Assembly: GCA_963710645.1 (NCBI GenBank)
Contig: CAVQBD010000002.1
Coordinates: 138,828-202,827 of the forward strand
DNA from: an uncultured Holophagae bacterium
GTDB lineage: Bacteria > Acidobacteriota > Thermoanaerobaculia > Thermoanaerobaculales > Sulfomarinibacteraceae
Direction of reading: 5' to 3'
Length of the DNA: 64,000 nt
Position 1 is the first letter of the stretch, and each line of letters opens with the position of its first letter. A program made the position numbers and the translations under genes. Shown piece after piece: positions 21,391 to 29,369 of the stretch. Under the pieces are notes generated by a model. The model made no database searches, was not told the DNA's origin, and saw only the letters and a program-made list of their open reading frames with translations.

Positions 21391-22806
21391 ATGGCGTCTA
21401 CCAGCGAGACTCCGTTTGCCTATATCTTCGCCTCCGAGCTGCACGGGCGTCTGTTGTGGTTCGCGCGGCTGAGGTGGTTCGCGGTTGCGGTGCTGGCCGT
21501 CGCCTCGGTGGTCGGACCCCGATTCGGGTGGTCCGACGTCTGGCCAAGCCTCGCAATCATCGCGGGGCTCGTGGCAGTGTACAACCTGATCTTCACCAAG
21601 CGGCTCCGGAGTTATCTGCTGTGGGACAGGCCGTACCACGATCTACGAGCCGTAGCGATCGTGCAGATGCTGACCGACCTTGGTGCGCTGCTACTGGTGG
21701 TGCACTTCACAGGTGGCTGCCACAGCCCTGTGTTGCCGTTCGTGGTGTTCCACATGGCCATCGGCACGATCATGATCTCCACCCGGCTGATGTACGTGCT
21801 GGCGATGGTGACCATCATGGGCACGCTGGGATTGTTCGCCCTCGAGGGCTGGGTTCTGGAGCACCATCATCCCATCACGCCTCATACTGACGGCCTGGAG
21901 CTGTCATGCGTGCTCAACGCCGCGGTCATGGTGGTTCTGGTCTTCGGCATGGTCTACCTGACGGACACCGTGACCAGTCGTTTCAAGACCCGAGGCATCC
22001 AGCTCCACAAGACCAGCGAGCAGCTCAGATACCGGAAAGAAGAGCTCCAACAGTTGCTCCGCGAGCGTGAAGGCGTGGAGAGGCGCAAGTCTCACTACAT
22101 GCGGATCTCGGCCCACCAGTTGCGGTCGCCCCTCGGTACCATCAAGACTTCTCTGCAGGTCCTGGTGGACGGCATCGTCGATCCCGCCAGTGACGGTGGA
22201 CGGAGACTCATCGTGGGCGCCTCGGAGCGGGTGGATGATTTGCTGGAGATCGTCAACGACCTGCTGGAGCTGGCCAAGATGCGCGAGGGTCGGTTGCGGG
22301 CGCCCTGGGCTCGCCAGGTCTACATCAACCAGGTCCTGGCCGATATTTTTGACGCCATCGGACCGTTGGCCCAGGAGGGCCGGGTGGAGCTGGTGGCTGA
22401 TGTGGATGGTGTGGCGCTGCTCGACTGGGGGGTTCCGCCCGATCTGGTCTACGTCTTCGAGAACCTCATCGGTAACGCCATCAAGTACTCCCTCGAGGGT
22501 GGCGAGGTCCGGGTCAGATTGCGGGTCGAGGATGGCGTGGCGAAGGTCGAAGTGTCGGATCAGGGCATCGGTATTCCGGAAGAATTCTTGGACGATGTCT
22601 TCTTGGAGTTTGTTCGCGCGCCAAATGCCAAGAAACACGCGGCGGGCGGCACCGGTCTCGGCTTGTCCATTGTGCGCGAGGGTGTGGAGATGCACGGCGG
22701 CACCGTCGAGGTGGCAAGCGAGCCTGGCCGCGGCACCACCTTCACCGTCAAGCTCCCGTTGCATTTCGTTCCACCGGAGGTCGAGGATCGCGTCGATTCC
22801 GAATGA
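21391..22806 (+). CDS. Membrane sensor histidine kinase
   Basis: ATG 21391, inner start of ORF 21175..22806. Multi-TM N-terminus, H-box RISAHQLRSPLGT, N-box ENLIGNAIKYS and G-boxes DQGIGIP and GGTGLGLSIV. Confidence 0.85.
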   Translation: MASTSETPFAYIFASELHGRLLWFARLRWFAVAVLAVASVVGPRFGWSDVWPSLAIIAGLVAVYNLIFTKRLRSYLLWDRPYHDLRAVAIVQMLTDLGALLLVVHFTGGCHSPVLPFVVFHMAIGTIMISTRLMYVLAMVTIMGTLGLFALEGWVLEHHHPITPHTDGLELSCVLNAAVMVVLVFGMVYLTDTVTSRFKTRGIQLHKTSEQLRYRKEELQQLLREREGVERRKSHYMRISAHQLRSPLGTIKTSLQVLVDGIVDPASDGGRRLIVGASERVDDLLEIVNDLLELAKMREGRLRAPWARQVYINQVLADIFDAIGPLAQEGRVELVADVDGVALLDWGVPPDLVYVFENLIGNAIKYSLEGGEVRVRLRVEDGVAKVEVSDQGIGIPEEFLDDVFLEFVRAPNAKKHAAGGTGLGLSIVREGVEMHGGTVEVASEPGRGTTFTVKLPLHFVPPEVEDRVDSE

Positions 22807-22898
22807 CCGGATCCAGAGCATGGTGACCCGGACGGCCGGAGCGGCATATTGGGGATGGGACGGAGGGCCTGGAAGGGCCCCCCTCCTGGAGGATCCGC

Positions 22899-23588
22899 AT
22901 GGCAGGCACAGGGTGGAGCAGCAGGTGGTGGAAGCCCGCAGCCGGGGTGGCAGGGGTTGCGGTGGGAATATTGCTGGCCTGGCGGTTTGGCGCCTTTGAC
23001 CTGCTTACGGTTGACAACATCGACCGAATGGACCGGTGGTTCGACGTTCTTGGGATCTGGGCGCCGGTGGTCTTCATCCTGCTGTGGGTCGCAGCGGCGG
23101 TCTTCTTCCTTCCGGGGCTTCCCATATCCATCGCCGGGGGCCTGATCTTCGGTGCCGTCTGGGGCACCGTCTACACCACAATCGGCGCCAACCTGGGCGC
23201 GGCCGCAGCTTTTCTCATCGGCCGCTACCTGGCGCGGGACATGGTGGAGGGCCAGATCGAGAACAACGCCTCCCTGGTAAAAATCGACGAAGGCGTGAGG
23301 CGTCACGGCTGGCGCATGCTCATGATCACCCGGCTGGTGCCGGTCTTCCCCTTCAACATTCAGAACTACGTCTACGGTCTGACCGACATCGGACTCGGCA
23401 CCTACGTGTTGGTCAGTCTGGTGTGCATGGTGCCCGGGACCGTTGCCTACAACTTCGCGGCCGGCTCGGTCCGCACCGGGGATCTCGGCATGACCCTCTG
23501 GTATCTCGGAATCGCGGCCGTATTCTTCGTGCTGCTGTCGTTGCTGCCGGGGTGGATCAAGAAGCGGTATGGCGCAGGGGTGGAATAG
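22899..23588 (+). CDS. TVP38/TMEM64 (DedA-related, SNARE-associated) membrane protein
   Basis: Motifs FLPGLPISIAGGLIFG, GANLGAAAAFLIGRYLARD and RLVPVFPFNIQNYVYGLT. Confidence 0.75.
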   Translation: MAGTGWSSRWWKPAAGVAGVAVGILLAWRFGAFDLLTVDNIDRMDRWFDVLGIWAPVVFILLWVAAAVFFLPGLPISIAGGLIFGAVWGTVYTTIGANLGAAAAFLIGRYLARDMVEGQIENNASLVKIDEGVRRHGWRMLMITRLVPVFPFNIQNYVYGLTDIGLGTYVLVSLVCMVPGTVAYNFAAGSVRTGDLGMTLWYLGIAAVFFVLLSLLPGWIKKRYGAGVE

Positions 23589-23595
23589 GGTTCAA

Positions 23596-23782
23596 GTTGA
23601 AAGTCGAAAGTCGAAAGTCCCACCGGTCCAGGAGGCCAACAACTCGGGACTCGGGACTCGGGACTGAGGACTCGGGACTCGTCCCCCGCCCTCCCTCCCG
23701 GGACGACAACAGGGCGCGATGGGCGGGCGTACCACTCCGGGCACCTTCAAGTTGAAAGTTGAACGTTAAACGTTGAACGTTC
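23596..23782. repeat. Composite of heptamer arrays: GTYGAAA x3 (23596-23616), ACTCGGG x6 (23642-23683), AAMGTTG x5 (23748-23782)
   Basis: Each array is followed by CCC.CCCTCCCTCCC-GGACGACAACAGGGCGCG-ATGGGCGGGCGT. This makes a roughly 150-nt super-unit present twice in tandem (about 23590-23745 and 23746-23835). Confidence 0.85.
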
Positions 23783-23805
23783 CCACCCTCCCTCCCAGGA
23801 CGACA

Positions 23806-23966
23806 ACAGGGCGCGTATGGCGGGCGTGCCGTCTCTGACGATTTTGGGTTGAGGTCGAACAGTCTGCGTGTCGCGACGAGTCCCGAACAGTGTCAGGGGT
23901 GGCAACCTCGGGGAGCGCGGTTGGGAGATGGGCGCGTCGAAGCCGGTGAATCGAACCGTACGCCCG
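23806..23966 (+). repeat. Dispersed roughly 160-nt repeat, copy B
   Basis: See copy A at 11336-11497. The ORF-track translations of both loci share ...CQGW.PRGARLGDGR...ESNRT.... Confidence 0.8.
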
Positions 23967-24081
23967 TGCCCGGGTTCCGGCGCCAGCGGCAGCGTTCAGC
24001 GACAGTAACCAGCGACAGCAACCAGGCAACAGCGATCCGGGGGAGCGGCCGAACGGCTCACAGGGCGGGCGGCGGATCGAA

Positions 24082-24183
24082 CATCCAGGATCCAGCATCG
24101 AACATCCGGCATCCGGCATCCGGGTGGGCGGTGGATCTTGAATCTTGAATCTTGGGTCTTGCATCTTGGGTCTTGCATCTGGT
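24082..24183. repeat. Heptamer arrays, CATCCGG x6 (24082-24123) and ATCTTGR/GTCTTGC x7 (24135-24183)
   Basis: The arrays are separated by GGGTGGGCGGTGG. The second array belongs to the same unit family as 5090-5142. Confidence 0.9.
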
Positions 24184-24441
24184 CGGGTGGGTGGGGGCCC
24201 GGCGTTACGCGCTGGGAACGGCAAGAACGCCGGTGTCACAGCCAAATCCCAGGGTTCCGGGCGCCCTTTTGCGAAAGGCACAAGCGACAGCCGGCCCCAA
24301 GCCTTTCACCAACCGCGATTTCCGACGGTGGAGAGGGTTGGTGGGTGATCCGGGGAGACTCGAAATCATACCGTTTTCCTAAGGAATAGGAATTGCTCAA
24401 TTGTCCGGGGATGAGGTGTGCCTGTGGGCGATGGATCGAAT

Positions 24442-24471
24442 TTGAAATCCCTGCAAAATCTCCTCTATTTG
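24442..24471 (+). promoter_or_regulatory. Weak sigma-70-type promoter candidate for dsrMK
   Basis: TTGAAA (24442-24447), an 18-nt spacer, then TATTTG (24466-24471), inside the only AT-rich tract of the 940-nt spacer. Confidence 0.3.
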
Positions 24472-24529
24472 ATCGACTATCTCAATATTCCAGAAGAGAA
24501 TTCGGTATGATGGGCGAGGAGTGCTACTG

Positions 24530-25465
24530 ATGACTATTATTACTTATATGATCGCTTACTGTGGCATCGCAATCTTCCTGGTGGCCTGCGTGGCCCGGTT
24601 CAAGATGTGGTCGAAGATGCCCATGCACCTTCGCTGGGAACTCTACCCGGTGGCCCATGAGGGTGGCGGCAGAGCCGCGTACGGCGGTTCCTACCTCGAG
24701 GAAAGTGATTGGTGGACCAAGCCTCGCAACGTCTCGCTCGTGGGCGAGGCCAAGGTGATGGTGCCTGAAATCCTCTTTCTCGAGGCTCTCAAGGAGCACA
24801 ACAACCAGCTCTGGAAGCGCTCATTCCCGTTCCATTTCGGGCTCTACCTGGTGGCAGCGTGCACCATCCTGATGATGATCAACGGCATTCTGAGCGCCCT
24901 GCTGCCGGGGCTCATGGGTGGAATCATCGGGACGCTCTTCTCCTGGATGATCCCGATCACCGGCTACGCCGGGTTGATCATGGGATTGGTGGGTGCGGTG
25001 GGTCTGATCCAGCGGCGATTCGTCAAACCGCTGCGCGACTACTCGGCGCCCGTCGACGTGCTCAACCTCGTGTTCTTCGTGGTGGCCTTTGGTACGGCCC
25101 TGGTGACAGCACTTTGGGTCGACCACGGCTTCGAGCGGGTCACCGCGTTTGTCGGAAATCTGGTGACATTCCACGTCGCCCCGCTCCCGGGAACAGGGCC
25201 GGAGGTCCTGATGCCCATGATCTCGGCCATCCTGCTCGCTCTTCTGGTGGCCTACATTCCACTCACACACATGTCCCACTTCGTGGGCAAGTATTTCGCA
25301 TATCATTCCATCCGCTGGGCAGATGAACCCAATCTCCGCGGCGGAAAGCAAGAGAAGGTCATTCACGAGTTGTTGGACCAGCCCGTGTCATGGTCGGCCC
25401 CCCATATTCAGGGTGACGGCAAGAAGACGTGGTTGGATGTCGCGACGGAGGATCAGAAGAAATGA
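24530..25465 (+). CDS. dsrM: DsrM-like membrane b-type cytochrome (NarI/HdrE family)
   Basis: ATG 24530 lies 8 nt after a GAGGAG RBS. It is a polytopic membrane protein with the NarI-like N-terminus ...RFKMWSKMPMHLRWELYP. An ATGA overlap couples it translationally to the DsrK-like gene. Confidence 0.75.
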   Translation: MTIITYMIAYCGIAIFLVACVARFKMWSKMPMHLRWELYPVAHEGGGRAAYGGSYLEESDWWTKPRNVSLVGEAKVMVPEILFLEALKEHNNQLWKRSFPFHFGLYLVAACTILMMINGILSALLPGLMGGIIGTLFSWMIPITGYAGLIMGLVGAVGLIQRRFVKPLRDYSAPVDVLNLVFFVVAFGTALVTALWVDHGFERVTAFVGNLVTFHVAPLPGTGPEVLMPMISAILLALLVAYIPLTHMSHFVGKYFAYHSIRWADEPNLRGGKQEKVIHELLDQPVSWSAPHIQGDGKKTWLDVATEDQKK

Positions 25466-27066
25466 AGCAACCTGACAGCGTCAAGGATATTTCGAAGCAT
25501 CCGGGTCAGCCGCTGGCCCAGGTCAAGCCCATGGACCTGGTGCCGCTGCCACCCCCATTCGACAAGCTGGACGAGGAACCGGAGTTCGCTCAGTTGTCGG
25601 AAAAAGCTCGGCAGCAGTACGTTGTGCTTGACGACACCATCGCGGTGAACATCAAGAACCCCGAGACCAAGGAGGAGGAGGATCGCCTCGTCCAGAGCTT
25701 CTTGACCGGCATGAAGAAGTTGTTCACGAAGGAGGACAACTGGACGTTCCTACAGCCGCTCGAGATGTCCATGGAGCATTGCGCCAAGTGCATGACCTGC
25801 TCCGAGGCCTGCCACATCTTCGAGGAGTCGAATGAGAACGAGCTCTATCGGCCCACCTACCGGTCGGAGATCATTCGGCGGATCTACTTCAAGTACATCA
25901 AGAAGGCTTCACCCCTGATCCACGGCGACATCGATCTCAATTGGACCACCGTGGGCCGTCTCATCGAATTGAGCTATCGCTGCAATCTCTGCCGGCGCTG
26001 CGCCCAGACCTGCCCGATCGGTGTGGACAACGCGTTGTTGTCACGGGAGATCCGTAAGATCGCGTCCCAGGAGATGGGAATCGTTCCGAAGGAACTCCAC
26101 GACAATGGATCAGTACTGCAGCTCGAGGTTGGGTCTTCCACAGGGATGACCCCGATGATCGTCAAGGACAACATCGAGTTCATCGACGAGGACACGGCCG
26201 AGCGTACCGGCATCGTGTACGAGACCCCATGGGATGTTGAGGGAGCCGACATTCTGCTCATCCACAACGCGGGAGAAATCATGGCGTGGCCGGAGAACCC
26301 GGGCGCCTTTGGCACCATCTTTGATGCCGCCGGTCTGAGCTGGACCATGTCGTCGGAGATCGTGGCCTATGACGGCATCAATTACGGGGTTTGGTACGAC
26401 GACATGATGTTTGCCAAGGTGGCCGTCAAGCATGCTCAGGCGGCGGCCAAGCTCGGCGTCAAGAAGATCGTGCTCGGCGAGTGTGGCCACGCGCACAAGG
26501 CGCTTACCGTGATCGCCGACAGGGTGCTCACTGGAGACCTCAACATTCCCCGCGAAAGTTCCATGGTGACCCTGCTGGATATCGTCCGGTCGGGGAAGGT
26601 CAAGTTCGACAAGAGCCGGAACGACTTCCCGGTGACCCTTCACGATCCCTGCAATCTCGTTCGACTGATGGGTGTTGTCTCGCCGCAGCGGGAGATCATC
26701 GAGGCGGTGGTGCCCGAGGGCCGGTTCCGGGAGATGGCGCCGCACGGAGTCGAGAACTACTGCTGCGGAGGCGGATCGGGCTTTGCCATCATGTCCGGTC
26801 ACAATTTCGCCGATTGGCGTCACTACATGACCGGTCGCAGGAAGTTTCGCCAGATCCTCGACGCCTTCCAGGGCGAGGAAATGGACATGGACCATCCCAA
26901 GTATCTCTGCGCCCCGTGTTCCAACTGCAAGGGCCAGATCCGCGACATCATCACCTACTACGACGCATGGGAGAAAGCCGGTATCTACTACGGTGGCCTG
27001 GTGGAGTTGATGGTCAACGCCATGGTGGATGCCCAGCCGGGCTTCATCGATTGGGAGTGGCACTAG
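25462..27066 (+). CDS. dsrK: DsrK-like Fe-S/CCG heterodisulfide-reductase-type subunit (HdrD family)
   Basis: Ferredoxin motifs CAKCMTCSEACH and CNLCRRCAQTCP. CCG-type motifs GECGHAHK, HDPCNLVR, YCCGGGSGF and CAPCSNCKGQ. Confidence 0.8.
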   Translation: MKQPDSVKDISKHPGQPLAQVKPMDLVPLPPPFDKLDEEPEFAQLSEKARQQYVVLDDTIAVNIKNPETKEEEDRLVQSFLTGMKKLFTKEDNWTFLQPLEMSMEHCAKCMTCSEACHIFEESNENELYRPTYRSEIIRRIYFKYIKKASPLIHGDIDLNWTTVGRLIELSYRCNLCRRCAQTCPIGVDNALLSREIRKIASQEMGIVPKELHDNGSVLQLEVGSSTGMTPMIVKDNIEFIDEDTAERTGIVYETPWDVEGADILLIHNAGEIMAWPENPGAFGTIFDAAGLSWTMSSEIVAYDGINYGVWYDDMMFAKVAVKHAQAAAKLGVKKIVLGECGHAHKALTVIADRVLTGDLNIPRESSMVTLLDIVRSGKVKFDKSRNDFPVTLHDPCNLVRLMGVVSPQREIIEAVVPEGRFREMAPHGVENYCCGGGSGFAIMSGHNFADWRHYMTGRRKFRQILDAFQGEEMDMDHPKYLCAPCSNCKGQIRDIITYYDAWEKAGIYYGGLVELMVNAMVDAQPGFIDWEWH

Positions 27067-27070
27067 GTCA

Positions 27071-27126
27071 GTGACTCGTGAATAGTAAATAGTGAATAGT
27101 GAATAGTGAATAGTGAGTCGAGAATA
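27071..27126. repeat. Heptamer tandem array, GTGAATA family, 8 units
   Basis: It starts 5 nt after the dsrK TAG stop and belongs to the same unit family as 4875-4916, 22 kb away. Confidence 0.95.
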
Positions 27127-27154
27127 GTCGGAAGCTGACAGCATCAAATGATCA

Positions 27155-27236
27155 GAGACCGCCCACCCGCGTGGGCGGTTTTTTCAATGGCCCCGCCCTG
27201 GCCGATCCAAGAACGAAGAACGAAGAACGAAGATCC
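27155..27236 (+). repeat. 75-82-nt direct repeat, copy 1 (terminator hairpin, CAATGGCCCCGCCCTGGCCGATCC, then AAGAACG array)
   Basis: Apart from the AAGAACG unit count, I saw no difference from 27501-27575. This copy has three full AAGAACG units; copy 2 has two. Confidence 0.9.
27159..27184 (+). terminator. Rho-independent terminator downstream of dsrK (copy 1)
   Basis: CCGCCCAC-ccgc-GTGGGCGG gives an 8-bp GC stem with a 4-nt loop, followed by TTTTTT. Confidence 0.8.
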
Positions 27237-27263
27237 CCCCCACCCGCCCGGGTGGGGGTTTTT
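27237..27263 (+). terminator. Second hairpin and T-run terminator
   Basis: CCCCCACCC-gccc-GGGTGGGGG followed by TTTTT. Confidence 0.65.
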
Positions 27264-27500
27264 GTCGTCCCGTCCAGAGTGGGGGAGTGATCGGAACGAG
27301 ACCGCAACCCCGTTCCCGCTCCCGTTCCCGTTCCCGGGCACGGGGGCAGGCAGTACGGAGTGCAGTAGGGAGCAGGGGGCGGTCCACCTCTGAGCCCGTT
27401 GTCGTTACCGTTACCGAATACTCGGACCGGGGTGTCTGGGGGCCGTGAGCCGTGAGCTGTGCGCAGGCAGTCGGCAGGAACCCATAGAACCCAATCGATC

Positions 27501-27575
27501 GAGACCGCCCACCCGCGTGGGCGGTTTTTTCAATGGCCCCGCCCTGGCCGATCCAAGAACGAAGAACGAAGATCC
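27501..27575 (+). repeat. 75-82-nt direct repeat, copy 2
   Basis: See copy 1 at 27155-27236. Confidence 0.9.
27505..27530 (+). terminator. Rho-independent terminator (copy 2; identical hairpin to 27159-27184)
   Basis: Same CCGCCCACCCGCGTGGGCGG hairpin and T6, inside the second copy of a 75-82-nt direct repeat. Confidence 0.7.
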
Positions 27576-27813
27576 CCCATCCGCTCGAGGAGCGCGTTCG
27601 GAGAAAGTCGTTCTTCGGAGGTGCCTGGACTCCTGACGTTGTGGAGCAGCCGTCTCGGCTGCAATTCTTGCCCCAATTGAATGCATAAATGCGGGCCGGA
27701 GGATTGCTCCACAGTGACTCTCCGGTCTTGTACGTGTCTCGTATCTGCGCGGGCGGGTGGGCGGGGGTCTCATAGCTTATAGCGCAGGGCTTATAGCCTG
27801 AACGGCCGGGTGG

Positions 27814-27848
27814 GCCCGAACCCGGAACCCGGAACCCGGAACCAACGA
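27814..27848. repeat. Heptamer tandem array, CCCGGAA x5
   Basis: GCCCGAA CCCGGAA CCCGGAA CCCGGAA CCAACGA. Confidence 0.9.
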
Positions 27849-28017
27849 GGATGGCCCGCGGCCAGCGGTTCATGGCTTGCGACCGGAGCAAACTGCGATC
27901 CCCGACGGTCGTCTTCCATTGCAACTTGCGACGGTGCCGCTCGTGGATTGCCGGGAAGTCAGCCCGAAATATTGATTTTAAGAGACTTGTGCATAATTTC
28001 ACGAAATCTAGGAAAAT

Positions 28018-28033
28018 GGCACGCCGGTTGCTG
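28018..28033 (+). promoter_or_regulatory. Sigma-54 (-24/-12) promoter candidate for the beta-propeller and hmc-like operon
   Basis: TGGCACGCCGGTTGCT matches the consensus at every conserved position (GG 28019-28020, GC 28031-28032). It lies about 60 nt upstream of ATG 28092, with an AT-rich tract just upstream. Confidence 0.7.
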
Positions 28034-28091
28034 TTTCTCATCGTGGAGGGAGGGATTTGCCCTCCGCTTGGCACGGAGAAAGGGAGTGGCC

Positions 28092-29354
28092 ATGGTTGAC
28101 CTGGAGGGCTGGAATTGGGAGGAGGGACGGAGGGCCGTCGCCGACGTTTCCCGACTGCGGGAGCAGTTTGCAGATGTCCATGAGTTTGCGGTCAGCGGCG
28201 ACGGAGAGGTCATCGCCGCGCCGGTGGTCGACGAGTCGGGTGGCTTTGGTGTCTGGGTCAACGGCGCACTCTGGGAGGGAGAGTTCGAGAAAGCGTGGCA
28301 TCTCGTTTTCACTCCGGATCAGCGGTTGACGGCGTTGGTCCGCGTCGACGATGAGTGGACTCTGGCGGTGGACGGAGAGCTCTGGGATCAACGCTGGGAA
28401 TTTGCCTGGAACCCGACCTTCAGCCGCGATGGTCGGGTGATTGCGTTGCAGATCAAGGACAACATGGAGTACTCGGTTGCCGTCAACGGAACGCCGTGGG
28501 ACTGCCGCTTTCCCTCGAGCCGCGGTCTGGCGGTGAGCGACGACGGCAACACCGTGGCCGCGCTGGTTCAGGTGGTTCCGTTGGCAGAGGCGGACATCGT
28601 CGGCTTCATGGATGGAACCTGGTCCATCGCGGTCAACGGCGAGCCGTGGCAACAGAAATTCATCAACGTCTACGGCCTCGCGATCAGCGAAGACGGCTCG
28701 GGCGTTGCCGCCGAGGTCCGGCTTGACATCTGCAAGTACACGCTGGCTGAGAACTCACGGCCCTGGGAGAGCCGCTTCGGGTGCGTGTGGGAGCCCGCCT
28801 ATCGAAACGGCAGCCGGAATCTCCTGGCGCCGGTGCGGGTCGAGGGCTCGTGGACAATCGCGGAGAACGGGAGCCCCATCTGGTCGAGTCGCTTCATGCA
28901 GCTGTGGAACCTGCGGCTGAGTCAGGACGGAAGGCGGCTCGCCGCGGTGGCCGCGGGGGCTTTTGGCTCGTGGACGGTGGTGGTCGACGATCGGCCGTGG
29001 CCGGTCTCGTTCAACGATTTGATCCTGCCGCCGGTCTTCTCGCCAGACGGCCGAAGGGTCGCCGCAGGAGTCCGCCATGACGGCGTGTGGAGCGTGGCCG
29101 TCGACGGTACCCGCTGGCAGGAGACCTACGACATGGTCTGGGATCCGGTCTTTGCGCCCGACGGTGCGCGGGTGGTGGCGAAGGTGGAGCGCGACAGGAA
29201 GTTTGCCGTCGCGGTCGACGGCGAGGTCCGCGGCCCGTGGTTCGAGGCGATGTGGGAACCGGTGGTGAGCCCCGATGGGCAGCGGCTGCTGGTACGGGCC
29301 GTCGAGGACGGTGTCTACACCCGCCGGGTCGTTTCGTTCGACGGTCTCGGCTGA
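28092..29354 (+). CDS. Cytoplasmic repeat protein, about 10 PD40/WG-like beta-propeller blades
   Basis: ATG 28092 follows a GAAAGGGAG RBS; no signal peptide. The roughly 40-aa unit FSPDGrrvAa.v..dg.WsvAVdG..W...fd.vWdPv recurs about 10 times (for example FSRDGRVIALQ, VSDDGNTVAAL, FSPDGRRVAAG, FAPDGARVVAK, VSPDGQRLLVR). Confidence 0.7.
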   Translation: MVDLEGWNWEEGRRAVADVSRLREQFADVHEFAVSGDGEVIAAPVVDESGGFGVWVNGALWEGEFEKAWHLVFTPDQRLTALVRVDDEWTLAVDGELWDQRWEFAWNPTFSRDGRVIALQIKDNMEYSVAVNGTPWDCRFPSSRGLAVSDDGNTVAALVQVVPLAEADIVGFMDGTWSIAVNGEPWQQKFINVYGLAISEDGSGVAAEVRLDICKYTLAENSRPWESRFGCVWEPAYRNGSRNLLAPVRVEGSWTIAENGSPIWSSRFMQLWNLRLSQDGRRLAAVAAGAFGSWTVVVDDRPWPVSFNDLILPPVFSPDGRRVAAGVRHDGVWSVAVDGTRWQETYDMVWDPVFAPDGARVVAKVERDRKFAVAVDGEVRGPWFEAMWEPVVSPDGQRLLVRAVEDGVYTRRVVSFDGLG

Positions 29355-29369
29355 TCGAGAGGAGGGAGC

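Noticed and set aside
23036-23755. 239-aa plus-strand ORF overlapping the TVP38-family gene and running into the repeat region
   Set aside because: It is an alternative frame of a gene with clear family motifs. It is Arg/Gly/Pro-rich and continues through heptamer arrays.
24382-24397. Sigma-54-like AAGGAATAGGAATTGCT upstream of dsrMK
   Set aside because: It has the GG-N10-GC register and TTGC, but the -24 half (AGGAAT) matches the consensus only at GG. This is too weak to call without a scoring matrix.
26110-27147. 345-aa minus-strand ORF
   Set aside because: Antisense to dsrK, and its N-terminus is a translation of the GTGAATA array (SLFTIHYSLFTI).
27184-28074. 296-aa minus-strand ORF (and the 65-aa ORF at 27144..27341) across the dsrK-hmc spacer
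   Set aside because: The translation simply mirrors the duplicated terminator module and microsatellites (the same peptide appears twice). There is no codon structure, and it spans three terminator hairpins.
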